Assembly: GCA_038496445.1 (NCBI GenBank)
Contig: JALMLS010000642.1
Coordinates: 1-64,000, forward strand
Source: Trichosphaerium sp. ATCC 40318
Taxonomy: Eukaryota > Protista > Tubulinea
DNA: 64,000 nt
Direction: 5' to 3'
The translations under genes and the position numbers were made by a program. The notes beneath the pieces were generated by a model. It had not been told where the DNA came from. It saw only the letters and a list, made by a program, of their open reading frames with translations, and did not search any database. This document shows positions 1 to 13,090 of this stretch, in pieces (positions within the stretch are counted from its first letter, which is position 1; every line of letters starts with the position of its first letter).

Positions 1-829
1 TGACGAGTATAAAAGAGTATTTAGAACATTGTACATAGTTACATCCTATTGTAGTGATGGTAAACGACTAGAGTCGAGCCGAGTTAAAATCAACTAGTCG
101 ACTTTAATTTGTTGATCAACCCACTCAGTGGCTGAGAAATTGAATAACTTTCAGAAAAAAGCGGGAAGAGTATCACCTTGAGCGCTATGATGACATTGTA
201 TTGCTAACATTAGAACAGGCTATATTTCGTTTTTAATGTAGATGTTCTTTCAAGAAGTGTTGACGGGAACAGCATATTTTTTACCTTGTCAAAGGGAAGA
301 CAGTACCATAGACGTTCAGTGGCTCAGTTGGTCGAAAGTATGGCGTTAGTCGACTATTTAACATCACGTCCATATTGGAGATCCTTTCAAGGTCCTATAA
401 CTAGAACGTTGAATTCACAATTCTGCTTTGTAGCTTGTTATACCAAGAAATACCACTTGTAACCTAGATGTACTCAAATATTCCAGTACAATAAAATGTG
501 TTGTCACGCCAACAAGCAGTTTTTTTGCTAATTCTTGGAAGGCTTTATTTCTACCAACTTCAACAAAACTAGACGCTTACAACAGATCGAAAAACTCTGC
601 CGCACCCAATTTATAAGGTGCTCAGCTATTGTAGCTTTATATGAAACTGACGTTGACCAAATGTCTGTAACAGAAAAAACACGTGTCTTGCTACCAGCAA
701 TAATCTTAAACTTGATGGCATCAAATGGCATCAAAACGAAAGGCACATCATCTTCACCTAAAACTGTCACTGTAAACGTTATTCTAATGAAATCAATAGC
801 TAAACGAAACAACGTTTGATTCCTGTAGG

Positions 830-1450
830 TTGCTGCACCTCCCAATGGAACTACAGCTCTATATCATTGATTTAGAAAGCGAAATAGATTACAAGTGGCC
901 TTTGCTATCAAAATACACGGCAACAACAACAAGATTTGATAGAGACTTGAAAAAGAATGCAAAGTGGATTCAGAAAGGACACCGTTTCAAAATCCTTGTT
1001 ACTTGGAGTCATGGTCAAAAACATGGAGAGTACAAGAGTTGGTACCTTAATAGTGATCAAGTGTATGAGGAATACCAGCATGTTAATGGTAAAATTGAAG
1101 GAGAGTACAAGGTATGGTCTTCTCGTGGTGACTTATACAAGAAGTGTCATTATGTTAGAGGTCTGCTTAGTGGAGAATACATAGAGTACGACAAAGGCTC
1201 ATTGAAAAAGCATTGTCATTTTTTAGATGGTAAGGTTGAAGGAGAGTACAAGAAGTGGTACAAGAAAGGACAGTTGCAGGTGCATTGCCATTTTGTGAGT
1301 GGTGTAAGGCACGGAAAGTGCAAAAAGTGGTATGACAATGGTCAGTTGCAGTTTACTGGTTCATATGATAATGGCAGAGTGGATGGAGAATGTAAGTATT
1401 GGCGTAGTACTGGTCAGTTGACCAGAGCATGTACATATAGCAATCGGTAG
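830..1450 (+). CDS. F-box-like N-terminus plus MORN-variant (MORN_2/YwqK-like) repeat protein; true start probably in a short upstream exon
   Basis: LLHLPMELQLYII F-box-like motif followed by about six 23-25 aa repeats of the form GKxEGEYKxWYxxGQLxxxCxYxx. No intron in the repeat region. Paralog of the 15.3 kb and 43 kb genes. Confidence 0.8.
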   Translation: MLHLPMELQLYIIDLESEIDYKWPLLSKYTATTTRFDRDLKKNAKWIQKGHRFKILVTWSHGQKHGEYKSWYLNSDQVYEEYQHVNGKIEGEYKVWSSRGDLYKKCHYVRGLLSGEYIEYDKGSLKKHCHFLDGKVEGEYKKWYKKGQLQVHCHFVSGVRHGKCKKWYDNGQLQFTGSYDNGRVDGECKYWRSTGQLTRACTYSNR

Positions 1451-1554
1451 ACTGAGCAAACCCTTGCGTTACAGTGGACGACAAAGACTTTCCTCTTCAA
1501 AAAAGAGATGACAGTGCATAAAATTAAAACAAGTTTTGGTTATTTTTTCTCCAT

Positions 1555-4500
1555 TTATTTTTTTGATTCAACTTCACTAAGTTGCTCAGTGATAGATTCC
1601 TCTGATTCCCATTTACGATCCCTAAAAGAGGGAATTAATTCACCATAATCTCAACAGTAGTTGACCAGAAAAAACAGAGAAAATATCAAACTACAAAGAT
1701 AAAAAAAAACGGTCGAAAAAGTGAATCTTTGCTTTACCTCTTTGATGCTCGCTTAGTTATAAGCTTTCTACTATCCTCTTCATTTGATGCTCTAGAACTT
1801 ACAATACTGCTCACTAATGATGAGCTTTTAAAATGTCTTCTTTTTTTACTTCTGGAGCTCTTTGAAGAAAACAGTTTAGAGTTTTTGTTTAAAAGTGATT
1901 TCTTGTCTTACCCTCTTTGAAGACTGCAACGTAGTCTCTGAGTTTGTTAAGTTATCTGTATCCACGTTAAGATTAAGTGTATCTGCAGCTGTTCTCATTG
2001 GTGCTTTTACATTCGTTGTACGTGTTGAATGAGTTCGTTTTCTTCTTGAGCTGGTACTAATACCATTTTTCAAATCGTTTCCTTGTCTTGAAGCCAAAGA
2101 TATTTGTCGCACGTGTTTTTGTTGTTTCTTAGATCCCAATGATAGTCTTTTTGATTTTTTAGCTATTTCAGCTGACTGCTTATCGACTTGTATGTTCATT
2201 GTTGCACTACAAATAAAATAAATAAAATAATGAAGACATCAAGTCAGTAAGTAAAAACACTCGTTCAACTTTACCCTGCGCTGTTTTTTGTTGGTGGCCA
2301 GTTTCGTTTTGGTGTTGGTGAAGTATTAATGGTGTCTAGATCTTCCACTGTAGCTCTTTTAACTCTAAAAAAAACGAAATAATTAGTCTCCAACGAATGG
2401 CATAAGGACTTGACCGTTTGGTCTTCTTTTTGAAAGGTTTTTTAAATACGTACTTCGGGCTTTCTACTGTAGTTTCTAGTGTTGCGTTTGGGTCAAGAGT
2501 ATCAGATCGTATGGTACTATGCGTATTCGATGCTATGCCTATATCCTCTACAGTACTTGTACCATTTGGAGAAAGTACTGAGCGGATACCAGAGTCAAAT
2601 GTTCTGATAGGTGATATATCAGGGTTGCTTCCTGAGTTCTGAGTGACGATTTTTGAGGTGTACGATAAGAATTTTGATATGAATAAAATACCAATAGTTG
2701 TAGCGGACCATATCATGATACCTATGAAGTGTCAGCGAAAAAAGAAAAATAGGAATAAAATAAGAAACAAAACTGGAAAAAAACACAATCTGGCGTGGGC
2801 TAACAACAGAACAAAGAAAATTGAGCACACCCATAAATTTAAGTATTAATAATATCCTATCAAAGATATCTCAGGCGTTAATAGATACTTGGTGATGAGT
2901 AATCACTGTGGTTTTGTAAAAGTAATCGAAATCAAAAAGTTTCATTTTCTTTTGAACGTACAAACAGCATAAGCGATAAATGTTGACACAAACTCATCTT
3001 GCCATAATGCATACAATACCCCCGATGTTATAATAAACATAATAATTGATACCAAAGTCTTAAACCAGGTCAAAAAGAACCAAGAATAAAAAAAAAGTAC
3101 AAAAAATTAACATACAACATATCCAAGGTATCTCGGCTCTCTTGCCCATAAATCTACTGACCTTGCGTACCAGCTAAGTGCAGCATTGCAGACAAGTATT
3201 AAACTCTACTTCAATTTAGCTCATATGCTCAAAAAGAGTGACACATACCAAAGCAAAGGCAAGAATCGCAAACCACGTTGCCATTTTCGAATGATAACAA
3301 GAAAGTGAAACTAAAGGTTCTCCACTTCTCTCAACAATAAACTGCTTTGGAGAAAAATCATCTGCTGTAGACGCTACCAGTACCTTCATAACGTAAATTA
3401 AATATAGCTCGCCCGCATTGACTTACAAGCAAGATTGGATAGAGCGTAGCTAAAGCAATAACACAAGCCAAAATTTGAGGAATTATTTTCTTTTGAACAT
3501 CTTTGCTGTACAAGGCCACTATTAATCTGCCACCTACAGCCCTAATATCATTGTTAGATAAAAATAAAGGAATAGTATTACCCCATGCTCAAAGTAAAAC
3601 CGCATACTGATAACCAAAGACGAAGGCTACAAGTGAACGTAGTAACTTCTAAATACCTACAAAATTACTTAGCTCAAATCTACTATAATTTGTGTCACGT
3701 GCCAGAAATATATTGATATTATTAATAGAATTGTACCGTTGCAATAAGTGAGCAAAAATACTCCGGATTCGCCAAAGGATGTACGTAATCGTAAGAGAAT
3801 GACCTAATTGAAAAAAAGAAACATTTAGTAAAGTTTCGCCAATTGCTCAAATGTCTGTACCATGCAACAAACGGAAAGTATGCCAATTAGCCATATGGTA
3901 ATAAATACTAACATCACTATTCCCTCCACTCTTTCTATTAAAGTATACTCTACAGTAGATTTCAGTGAACTATTAAGAAAGCTCAAGTGGTTTAAAAGTT
4001 CACGTACCATCAAGGGTTCCATAACCAATATTATTCAAAGTAGTCGTGAGAGGATTGTTGGATCCAGTAGAAGATGTTAACGTCCATTTACCGTCATATT
4101 GGGCAGCCTTCATCCAGGCACCGTTAGACCGGTCAAAGTGCCACATAAAAAGTCCGCTCCATTTTAAAGTCAGTCAAACTGTAAAAATTCCTTTCACCGT
4201 TTGGTACCTTAATCTTCTACTGTCGTTTAAATTTACATGACCACTTTTCCCTTCAATAGATACGCTATTTAAGGCAATTATTGGATCCTCACCAGCCTAA
4301 CTGTGTAAGCAAAAAAAAAATACCAAAAGGAATCTTTTACTTGGTTTTTAAACATCTCATCTAGAAGCTGAATTGTATCATACAGATACCCATACTCGCC
4401 GTTTCTACAAAAAACATTAAAATTGACAAAAGGGAACATCTTAAAAATATCGTACACATCGTCGAAGTTATCTGCGAAGTCACTAAAGTTTTTGGAAAGA

Positions 4501-5664
4501 ACTTCAGTACCAATAATAAGTACATTCTGTAAATCATCTTGGGTTAATGTATTTTCCGCTAAAAGTGACTGTCCTTTCATGCGTTATAAATAAATGAAGT
4601 TGTCAAAACCATCTAACCTATTATTGCTTCAGCTTGTTGACAATATACAACCCAAACATAGTGTTTAGAAGTGAGCTCCAAATCTCTAAAACAACAATCA
4701 AAAATTTGGTAAATAATGTAAGAACAATTTTATAGAAACACCCTTTACCGCACCTTGCTACTCTCAATATACTCAAAAATGCCTGTACATCGTCTGCGAT
4801 TACTACTCTTATACGTGACTGCGCTTTAATGGATATTTCAAGCGCTTCAATAACGTCAGAATCTCTGACTTCGTCAGTGTAAACTACATGCTTTATATTC
4901 TCTTTTATAACGGCTTGGCTTGAATCAAAGCGTTCTATAGCCACTACCAGAGTGTTAATATAGTGCTTACAGCCATAAAAACACAAAATACGTCTTTGTT
5001 CAAAAAACGTGACTAGCACGTGCCTTCGCCTGTATTGGGGTATTTAAAAGCAGTTATCACGAACGGTATTCTCCAACCCATAAAAGATGTAAAACTACCC
5101 AAAGAAGCCGCAGTATCAAATAAAGTAGGTGCTACATTGAAGTAGGAATGGTTTTGATATAATTCTATACTCTGTACAATACTCCAAGGTATCTATTGAG
5201 AAAAAGGAAAAAAAATAAGTTAGGAATCCCAAAAGAAGATTTTATAAACTTGTAATGTCCCACTGCGTACTGTAAGTCTATTGAGTATTTGGACAATTGA
5301 CGGCAACCCCTCTACTCTACTATGTACAATCAAGGCACTGCTGTCATTGGCAAAGTCTGAAATTACTCCCTGAGTACGTATGAGGTCATTTTCTAAAAGT
5401 ATTTAAAAAAGGACAAGGCGAATTGTTCGAAAGAAATATAGATGTAAACCGGGTAAGCTTGTATTTGTGCCAGTGTTTGTTATTTGTACCATCTATTTGC
5501 CAACAAGATATGTTAGAGTTTAATTCAGCGTTCAAATTCGATACAATAGCGACCCAGGGCGAAGAACCAGAGCAACTTGTTGCTACGACACTTATTGTTC
5601 CAAATGCACGTGCGGTTGATATGTACAGTAGGAAATAAGCCGTAGCTATAAATATGGACGCCAT
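1555..5664 (-). CDS. Class C (GABA-B/Grl-like) GPCR, multi-exon: signal peptide, Venus-flytrap-like ectodomain, 7TM, long basic Ser-rich tail
   Basis: Signal peptide MASIFIATAYFLLYISTARA; ectodomain segment SRIRVVIADDVQAFLSILRVAR; TM3-like TCSLRLWLSVCGFTLSMG; class C TM5-ICL3 motif AALSWYARSVDLWAREPRYLGY at about 3120-3205; terminal exon ending EVESKK*. Confidence 0.75.
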
Positions 5665-6199
5665 ATCACGTCGTGGTTGGGCTCTTTAATAGTATTGTGC
5701 CGCTTAAAATGTGCGTAAAGCAAAACACAATTAAGACGGGAAAAAAAATGGTAATAATAGATGACGACACATGTAAAGCGTGGATTTATGGTAGTTCCAT
5801 AAAATCTGACGCTATCTACTCTTAAAAAACTTGTGGAAAGGTAGAATTGCGATACATTTATACTGAAACAAAGTAAGCGCTCGTACACTTGCTTTCAAGA
5901 TGCAAAATGCAGAGTGTCAACCATAACTGTCAACCCAACTATTGCCCCATGACATACACAGAGGCCGCAAGACCAGGCGAAAAAGCATATAGATGCCTAG
6001 AAAGGCGTACCATGATCAAAGTACACCAAACGTTGAGAAAAAGACCACTGAAGTTAATTATATTCGTGTGCAAGCCGCAAGGGATATCCTACGTTAGTTA
6101 TTCAGTAAAATAAGCATTACTTAACCGTTTGGTGGCAAGACAATTCAATAAAGTTCCGTGCGCTCTAAACCGCAACGTAATAGCATAATTTCGCGCAAA

Positions 6200-7463
6200 A
6201 TGGGTATGAATTTGTGCTGTGACGTTGCGTTCTAAAAAATTCTGTAGGTTCGCTTTTCGGTAAGTTGTTTGATGGTATCTGGGGTAACAAGGAAGTGCGC
6301 ATATTAATTCTAGGCTTGGATAGCGCCGGCAAGACTGTAAGTTGTTCAAATTGAGCCAAACTGATTAGTTTAGACAATACTGTATCAATTACACTGCGGT
6401 GAAGTGGTCACAACAATACCTAGTACGTTTTTACAATTTACCATTAACAAACTTCGCTAATCGCGTCTTTAGCCATAGGATTTAATGTGGAAACGGTGGT
6501 GTATAAAAATATAAAGTTTCAAGGTAAGCAGACAATCCATCATTTTTAAAAACACTAACGGGCAATAGTTTGGGATCTTGGAGGGTGCGTTGTACTTTTT
6601 ACCTACAAAACATACAACACGTTGTCAAATAATCAAAATCTTCAATTTATGCGTAAACGCTGTAACAGCTAGCACTTGCGCTTCGTATACTTCTATTTGC
6701 TAAACGAGCAATTAGCCAAACAAGTATTCGCCCTTATTGGCGATGCTACTATGAGAACCAACCGACACATGGTATAATATACGTTATTGATAGTGCAGAT
6801 ACTGATAGGTTGGCAACGTCGAGAGAGGAGCTTCATAACTTATTAGCTGTACGTTTTTAACATGGATTTGTCTTGGACGTATTTTTTTTGGTTCTTTCTC
6901 TTTGAAATGGAGCTCTACACGACTTTTTTTCTTACACATACCTTGTTTGTTTAACTACAATTAATGCTGATCGTATGGCATTAAATTGAATAGCTGACGA
7001 GCTCTTGATATGTTTTTTTACGAAAGATTGTGTGAAATTTATTCATGTTGACATTTCTTTATTAGGAGGAAGAACTACAAGGTGTCAAGCTACTTATTTT
7101 TGCTAATAAACAAGATTTATCTGGTGCTATGTCAGTAGCAGCTGTTAGTGAGGGATTAGGTCTAACAGAAATAAAAGACAGGCAAGAGATTATTTATTTT
7201 CTGCTCTTCGACAAAAACTAAAAAAAATCAGTCACTCACGCTTTTAATAGGCAATGGGCAATTTTTAAATCATCTGCAATTAAAGGTGAAGGTCTATATG
7301 AGGGTTTAGACTGGTAAGTTTCGCGTATAAATGACTAAGAGTGACATTGGTTTTTTTTTTTTTTTTTGAAGTTTTTGAAAAAAATGACTTATACGACGCG
7401 ATTACGTCCTGATTTTTGCGTTTTAGGATGGTAAGCGCTATAAACAATACTATTAAAAGCTAG
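6200..7463 (+). CDS. ARL1: ADP-ribosylation factor-like GTPase 1, multi-exon
   Basis: Spliced translation [82 protein letters not shown]...FANKQDL...[31 protein letters not shown] is the ARL1 signature. Confidence 0.95.
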
Positions 7464-7964
7464 AAAAGCAAAAGCACCCACTCAGATTAATTTTCTGTCT
7501 TTTGTTCAAAAAACACTAAAGAATTGCCACCATCCACTTCCAGACCATCGATGAACACTAAATTTATGGTTTTTATCGTTGATACCTAACTCTCTAATCA
7601 CGTAAAATATGCTCTGTAAAAATAAACAAAACACAAATGTTTGTCACAGTAATACAAGCAGCTTGTTTCGTTTAGTATTCAGTACCAACAATTCGCAACT
7701 GGAAATTAAACGAAGCAATCTAGAAAAGGATTTCTACGCCGTAGTAAGTGGTGTATATGCGTCACAAGGCTCCCGCTGTTTGGTAACCCTGAGAATACCT
7801 TTCTTGGCCGGTATCTTGTAGTTTCCCTGAGAAATATTGGAGACGTGTTATCAAACGCTTATTGGGCGGCTAACGAGTTGCATATCCATTTTTGTAGTTT
7901 GCTTAACGGCTTTCTGTTAAGGAGTTGGGAAATGTCATTTTCCAGTTGATAAACAACGTATAAA

Positions 7965-8912
7965 ATGCCAGCAAGCGCAGCAGAACTAGAAAATGTCAAA
8001 ACAGTTAATAACGCTGTTGGTTGGTTAAATTACTTCCTAATGACGCTTTGCTTTGTCGCATTGATCCAATCACCACTTTGTACAGCGACTATCGTCAACG
8101 TTATCTTACAAACACTTGTTTTCTTGTACTGCGCTGCAATTCCATCCTATCGCACTGGTATAATGTCGTGGGTCGATCTAGCATGGCCTTGGGGCCTTGT
8201 AGCCATGGGCGTACAACAGATATTCTGGACAGCCCAAAACGGTCATTTTGCCAAAGGATACGTTTTCTCTGCCTGTTACCTTCTCGCTGGACTAAGAATG
8301 GGTTTACCTATGCGAGGGTATGTTGTTTACAGTAAAGGGAAGATATCAGAGTTCAAGAGATATCAATTTCATAAAATGTTATGGAAAGAAGAGCACGGAG
8401 AAGGATTTCTTGATACATTCCAAGGAAAAATGCATATGCAAAAAGACATTTGGTATCAAGCTTTATTGAATATCACTCTGTTGGGATTGCCAAGCTATAT
8501 CATTGCTGCTGATACAACAACTAATTTTAGCACATTCGAAATGGTTGGTATTTTTTTATGGATTTTCGGTTTTGCTTTTGAGCACGTGGGTGATTTACAA
8601 AAGAAGGCTTTTATAAAAAAGAACCGCGGAGGCATTTGTAATGTTGGTTTGTGGAGGTATACTAGACACCCAAACTATTTCGGAGAATGGATGGTTTGGA
8701 ACGGACTTATCATCGCTTCAATACCTTCTGCCTTACGGTTGTTAAGTGGATGGCAAGGCGCTGTCATTGCTGGTTGTTTGTTTTATGTTAGCCCAGCTAT
8801 TTATCATATTCTTGTATACTTTACAGGCGCTTTTCCTGCTGAATATATGTCAAAAAGAGAAGGTTGGGAAGAGTATAAAGCAAAGACCAGTATGTTCTTT
8901 CCAAGATGTTGA
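7965..8912 (+). CDS. DUF1295 / steroid 5-alpha-reductase-like membrane protein, intronless
   Basis: 315-aa ORF with several TM segments and motifs WVDLAW, FEHVGDLQKKAF, GLWRYTRHPNYFGEW, EYKAKTSMFFP. Confidence 0.9.
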   Translation: MPASAAELENVKTVNNAVGWLNYFLMTLCFVALIQSPLCTATIVNVILQTLVFLYCAAIPSYRTGIMSWVDLAWPWGLVAMGVQQIFWTAQNGHFAKGYVFSACYLLAGLRMGLPMRGYVVYSKGKISEFKRYQFHKMLWKEEHGEGFLDTFQGKMHMQKDIWYQALLNITLLGLPSYIIAADTTTNFSTFEMVGIFLWIFGFAFEHVGDLQKKAFIKKNRGGICNVGLWRYTRHPNYFGEWMVWNGLIIASIPSALRLLSGWQGAVIAGCLFYVSPAIYHILVYFTGAFPAEYMSKREGWEEYKAKTSMFFPRC

Positions 8913-10043
8913 AAAAAAAAAACCAATAAACTCACACCAATTTTTTTGTCTACCCATGGTTGTTGCGTACTCTTAACAATCTATAAATTATTAGTTAGTT
9001 TTCCATTTGTACTGAGCATAACGTTGTAAGAAGTTGTAGATTGCTCATTACAGATGGAAAACTAAGTTGTTGCTTTCGGGTTTTAGTTGTGGTATAGTAA
9101 CGGGTAATGTGAGTTTACAAGGTAACTCACGTTTTATAAATCAGTGAATTGTGTGTTCAGTAAACTTAGTCTTCAATTCAAGGCAATCGTAGGCATTGGC
9201 TCACATCTGATTTATTCCCTAAAGATGGTATGTTGTGGCATCCAGTAATCGATAATAAGTTGTGGGACAATGGACTTAGCTGGAATCCAAAATCTGGAAT
9301 TTTTTTAGTAAATGGTGTATTGCTATACAAATATTCCTTGTCTAGACTGCGCTTGTAATTACAATTGCGAGAATAGTCTTATTAAACGGTATTTAAAGAA
9401 TGAGTTAAACTAAACTTGCTTGCTAGTCACTAACAGCTTTCCAGTAAGCACAGATTTTTACATTGTGTACAGTTTTCTTAAATCACGTGACATTTCAGGC
9501 GTTTGAACGGGCTGGAATGATCCAACTAAGCCAAGCAACCACCCAAAGCACTTTATACGATAGCAAGCAGAAATCACCACCCGACCACTTGAAAACTTTT
9601 CATTTGAAAAAAAAACTACAACCTTTGTTGTTTTTGAGCAAATATCGTCTTGCAAAGGATTGGTCTAAACACTGCAGGTAGTATACAAACCACTCAAGCA
9701 TTATTATTGTACAATGTGATTAGTTAGTACATGCAAGTAAGACAAGTTTCAAAGACAATATTAAGATTCATTCATGTTCTTTATTTTCACATTGAAAATT
9801 ATGAGAATACCGAGATTCTTAGAACGCCTCTCGCAAAAACACTGTCCCGAACATCAACTTTTCCTACACCAACATCAAATTAGTCTATTTCGTATTATAA
9901 TACCATGGTAGTGCTGTACACAATAACAAGTAATAGTGCATGGTCGAGTTATACTTTTAATGTCTTAATTCACATGAAAATGAAGAACATGTGAACGATT
10001 GAGTGTTGTGTTAAAACCAAACAAACCAAACTGCAAAACAACA

Positions 10044-11137
10044 ATGACCACTAATCCTATTCAAATACCTCTCGTATTGATCCTGCTTTCTTCCTTTGTG
10101 ATTGCTTCAATTGCTGTACGAGAAATACAATGTTATATCTATACCAATCACTCCATTGTAGGGCTCGTGCAGCTGTAGCGTCGAATCTAACATGTGTTTA
10201 CCAACGTCTTTCACAGACAGCTGTGATACAGGAGAAGTACCAGTTTGTATTGGCGATCCACCAGGTACTTAATACTGTCGTTGGAATGCTTATTATTATG
10301 TAGGTGATCCGTTCAAGCGATCTAAACGCGAACCTATTTGCAGATGTATATGTGTAGAAATTCCTAATCCGCCACCAACAAAAGCTCCAACACAACCACC
10401 GACTCTAGCTCCGACACCAGATCCATTTGCAAGCCATGACATCTTGAAGATTGATACAAGTTCGTATGATCTAAGAGGGTACACTCCGGTAGGAAGGTAC
10501 TTCAGCCGCACGTGTGACCCTGAAAGTACGTGATAGTATTGTGCCAAGAATTGCCTAATGTTACAACAGCTGACGGCTTATTCTCCGTTAATTCGTACTT
10601 GAGTACACTCATGAATGATCGTCAATTCTGGCCTAATTGTATGTCAACAATTGGAAACATTAGGTTTCTTCACTCTCATTCTTTCTGGTTCAACAATGTT
10701 AACGATGTGAAAAAGTATTTCTCATTCACCTGTCCTTACAACCACATAATTACAGGTACAACTTGTCTGTTTTTGGTGTCATTCTAGCTAAACGTGTCTT
10801 ACCACATCAGGTATACGTTCCACGTTTTATGCCAATGACAATGATCGGCGTTTCAGCTTTCAATGTGCCCCATTAAAGAATAACTATGCTGTAAACGATA
10901 CCCCAAGATTCAGATACCTTACAATTTGGTATTCAAGTTACAATTTTGTCTAGGTAATCGAAACAACTTAGTTTGACTTTTTATAGGGAAACTCAAAGAG
11001 GTTCTTGTGTGCATCCTGGAACCGGAAAATTTGGATTCATTGTTGGTGTCTCTAGTTACTACTCTAATGCTGTCGGTGATCGCCGTTTTGGATTTCTATG
11101 TGCTCTAATTGAAGATGTTGATAACGCACAACAATAG
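10044..11137 (+). pseudogene. Secreted dermatopontin-like protein, copy 1 (six exons); premature TAG at end of exon 5, so truncated or a pseudogene
   Basis: Signal peptide MTTNPIQIPLVLILLSSFVIASIA, Cys-rich domain, Pro/Thr linker, then NDRQFWPNC / FSFTCPYNHIITGIRS...NDRRFSFQCA / GDRRFGFLCA repeats. Exon 5 ends gtc TAG|gtaatc, 2 nt shorter than intact paralogs. Confidence 0.75.
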
Positions 11138-11922
11138 CAACCTACATGTTCTTGTAATAAATTACTATCTTCCTTCGTCTACTTGAACTTTATAGTGTGA
11201 AGTTACTACTCGTTTCTATTTATTTGAGTTTGTTCACACTTATGTGCGCATGCAAGGTTCATTAAGTTGCTATGAGTTTTTCAGTTGGAGGATAAAATAT
11301 GGGAATATGTGGTTGCAACTGAATATTCCTTGAGATTTAAAGTTAGAAGCTCGACGCTTTCAGGAATCCTTAAAAACATTTCTTTTCGGAGCTAGTGCTC
11401 CTCTAACACAAAAAGTGTATCTCGAACTCTAACAATAAATGCTACAAAGCGTTAAGTCATACACAACAAAAACAAGTGAAACGTTTCCGGTTTTTTTTGG
11501 CTCTTCACGTGAATCTGAAAAAGTACAACGTACCTTGTTGAGACTTTGTAAAGTGTACAAACTTTACAATTTTGCCATTTTGCTTGTGGTTGCTCAATTT
11601 GATTCACGTGAAGAAAGAGAACTATCCAATAATTATCAGAAACGTTCTCGAAAATCCACTTCTCTCAGCATCTATGGATATCAAATTTCAGACATTCTTA
11701 GCTTTCTGTCCTACAATTTTATTCGAGTTTTTCCTTGTTGCTTTGCGCATTACTGCAATAATCTTTGATACGTTCGACAGTTAATAAATAAAACAACCCG
11801 TGATTTGTCGGGTTAACAGTTTCGAGTCCTAATTCACATGAAATGTATGTAATCTATGAACCATGGACAAAAGTATATGAACGTCACTGTTTTAAAACAA
11901 TCTAACCTACTACCAACCAACA

Positions 11923-13090
11923 ATGACAACTTCTGTTATTCAAGCATTGACAGTCTTTCTGCTTATTTTTAAATTATTCATCAGTACAGTAATTTCGGTA
12001 TGGTAGCAAAGCTGTACATGCGTTTCTCACAATAGATTGATTCTAGGGATCGTGCACCTGCAGTGTTAAAGCCAACATGTGCCTACCAGATTCTTTATCG
12101 GACGCTTGTGGCTATGGTGAACGACCAGAATGTATTGGAGACCCACCAGGTATGTATAAACTAGAAGGTATTACATAGCTTACATTAGCAAAGGTGATCC
12201 TTTCAAGCGTGATGAGATATCCAAACGTAGTTCTATTTGTAGTTGCGTTTGTGTAGTAATACCTAATACTCCACCTACAAAAGCACCAACACCCTCGCCA
12301 ACAAGAGCTCCTACAACAGATCCAACAGCTCCACCAACCATTCCACTTTCAAGCTATGACATCTTATTGGTTAACACAACTGAAGTTGATGATAGAGGAT
12401 TCACTCGCGCGGGCATGGACTTTTATCGCTCCTGTGATTCTCTTTGTAAGTAAAAAGACGCTACCATGTTGTGATTTACCAGTATTTAGCATATGGATTT
12501 GTATCATTTTCCTCGAACTATGACTCAAACTTAGAAGATCGCTCTTTTTGGCCTAATTGTATGCCAGCCAAACAGAATACACACTTTCATAAAAGTGCTC
12601 GGCATTCTGCTCCAAATCATTTTTATTTTAGACGTGTCAATGAATTGAACCATTTTTTCAGTTTTGAGTGTTCTCCGGGTCATTTGATAACAGGTACAAT
12701 AAAACCCATTCTTTTTCTGAATTTTTTCTGATTTGAGTCATGTTCCAGCTATAAAAGGAGAGTACCATTCATTCTATAAAGATCGTTATTTCAGCTTTCA
12801 ATGCTCTGAGTTAGAAAATAGTCCGAATAGATTCAGATATCTGGATACTTGGTGGACAGGGTACAAGAATGAGTACTTGTAAGTCACTCATGCACACACT
12901 GAACATTGGAAGATATGTTAATTTTCGTTCTAGAGAATCTCATTCAACTGCATGCTGGCACGCAGAAACTAGAAGATATGGTTTCATTGTCGGCATTAAT
13001 AGTAGTCACGCTTATAATCGTAATGATAGGCGTTTCAACTTAAAGTGTGCTCTCATAGAAGATGTTGATAATGCTCAAGAATTCGTGTAG
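11923..13090 (+). CDS. Secreted dermatopontin-like protein, copy 2 (intact, six exons)
   Basis: Open after splicing: MTTSVIQALTVFLLIFKLFISTVIS|GSCTCSVKANMC...EDRSFWPNC...FSFECSPGHLIT...KDRYFSFQC...GFIVGINSSHAYNRNDRRFNLKCALIEDVDNAQEFV*. Confidence 0.85.

Noticed and set aside
316-370. tRNA-like A-box TGGCTCAGTTGG
   Set aside because: No B-box (GTTCRA) or cloverleaf at the right spacing.
830-1450. Bacterial YwqK antitoxin gene or bacterial contamination
   Set aside because: The repeat is shared with YwqK-like proteins, but the gene has an F-box-like N-terminus, has local paralogs and sits among spliceosomal-intron genes.
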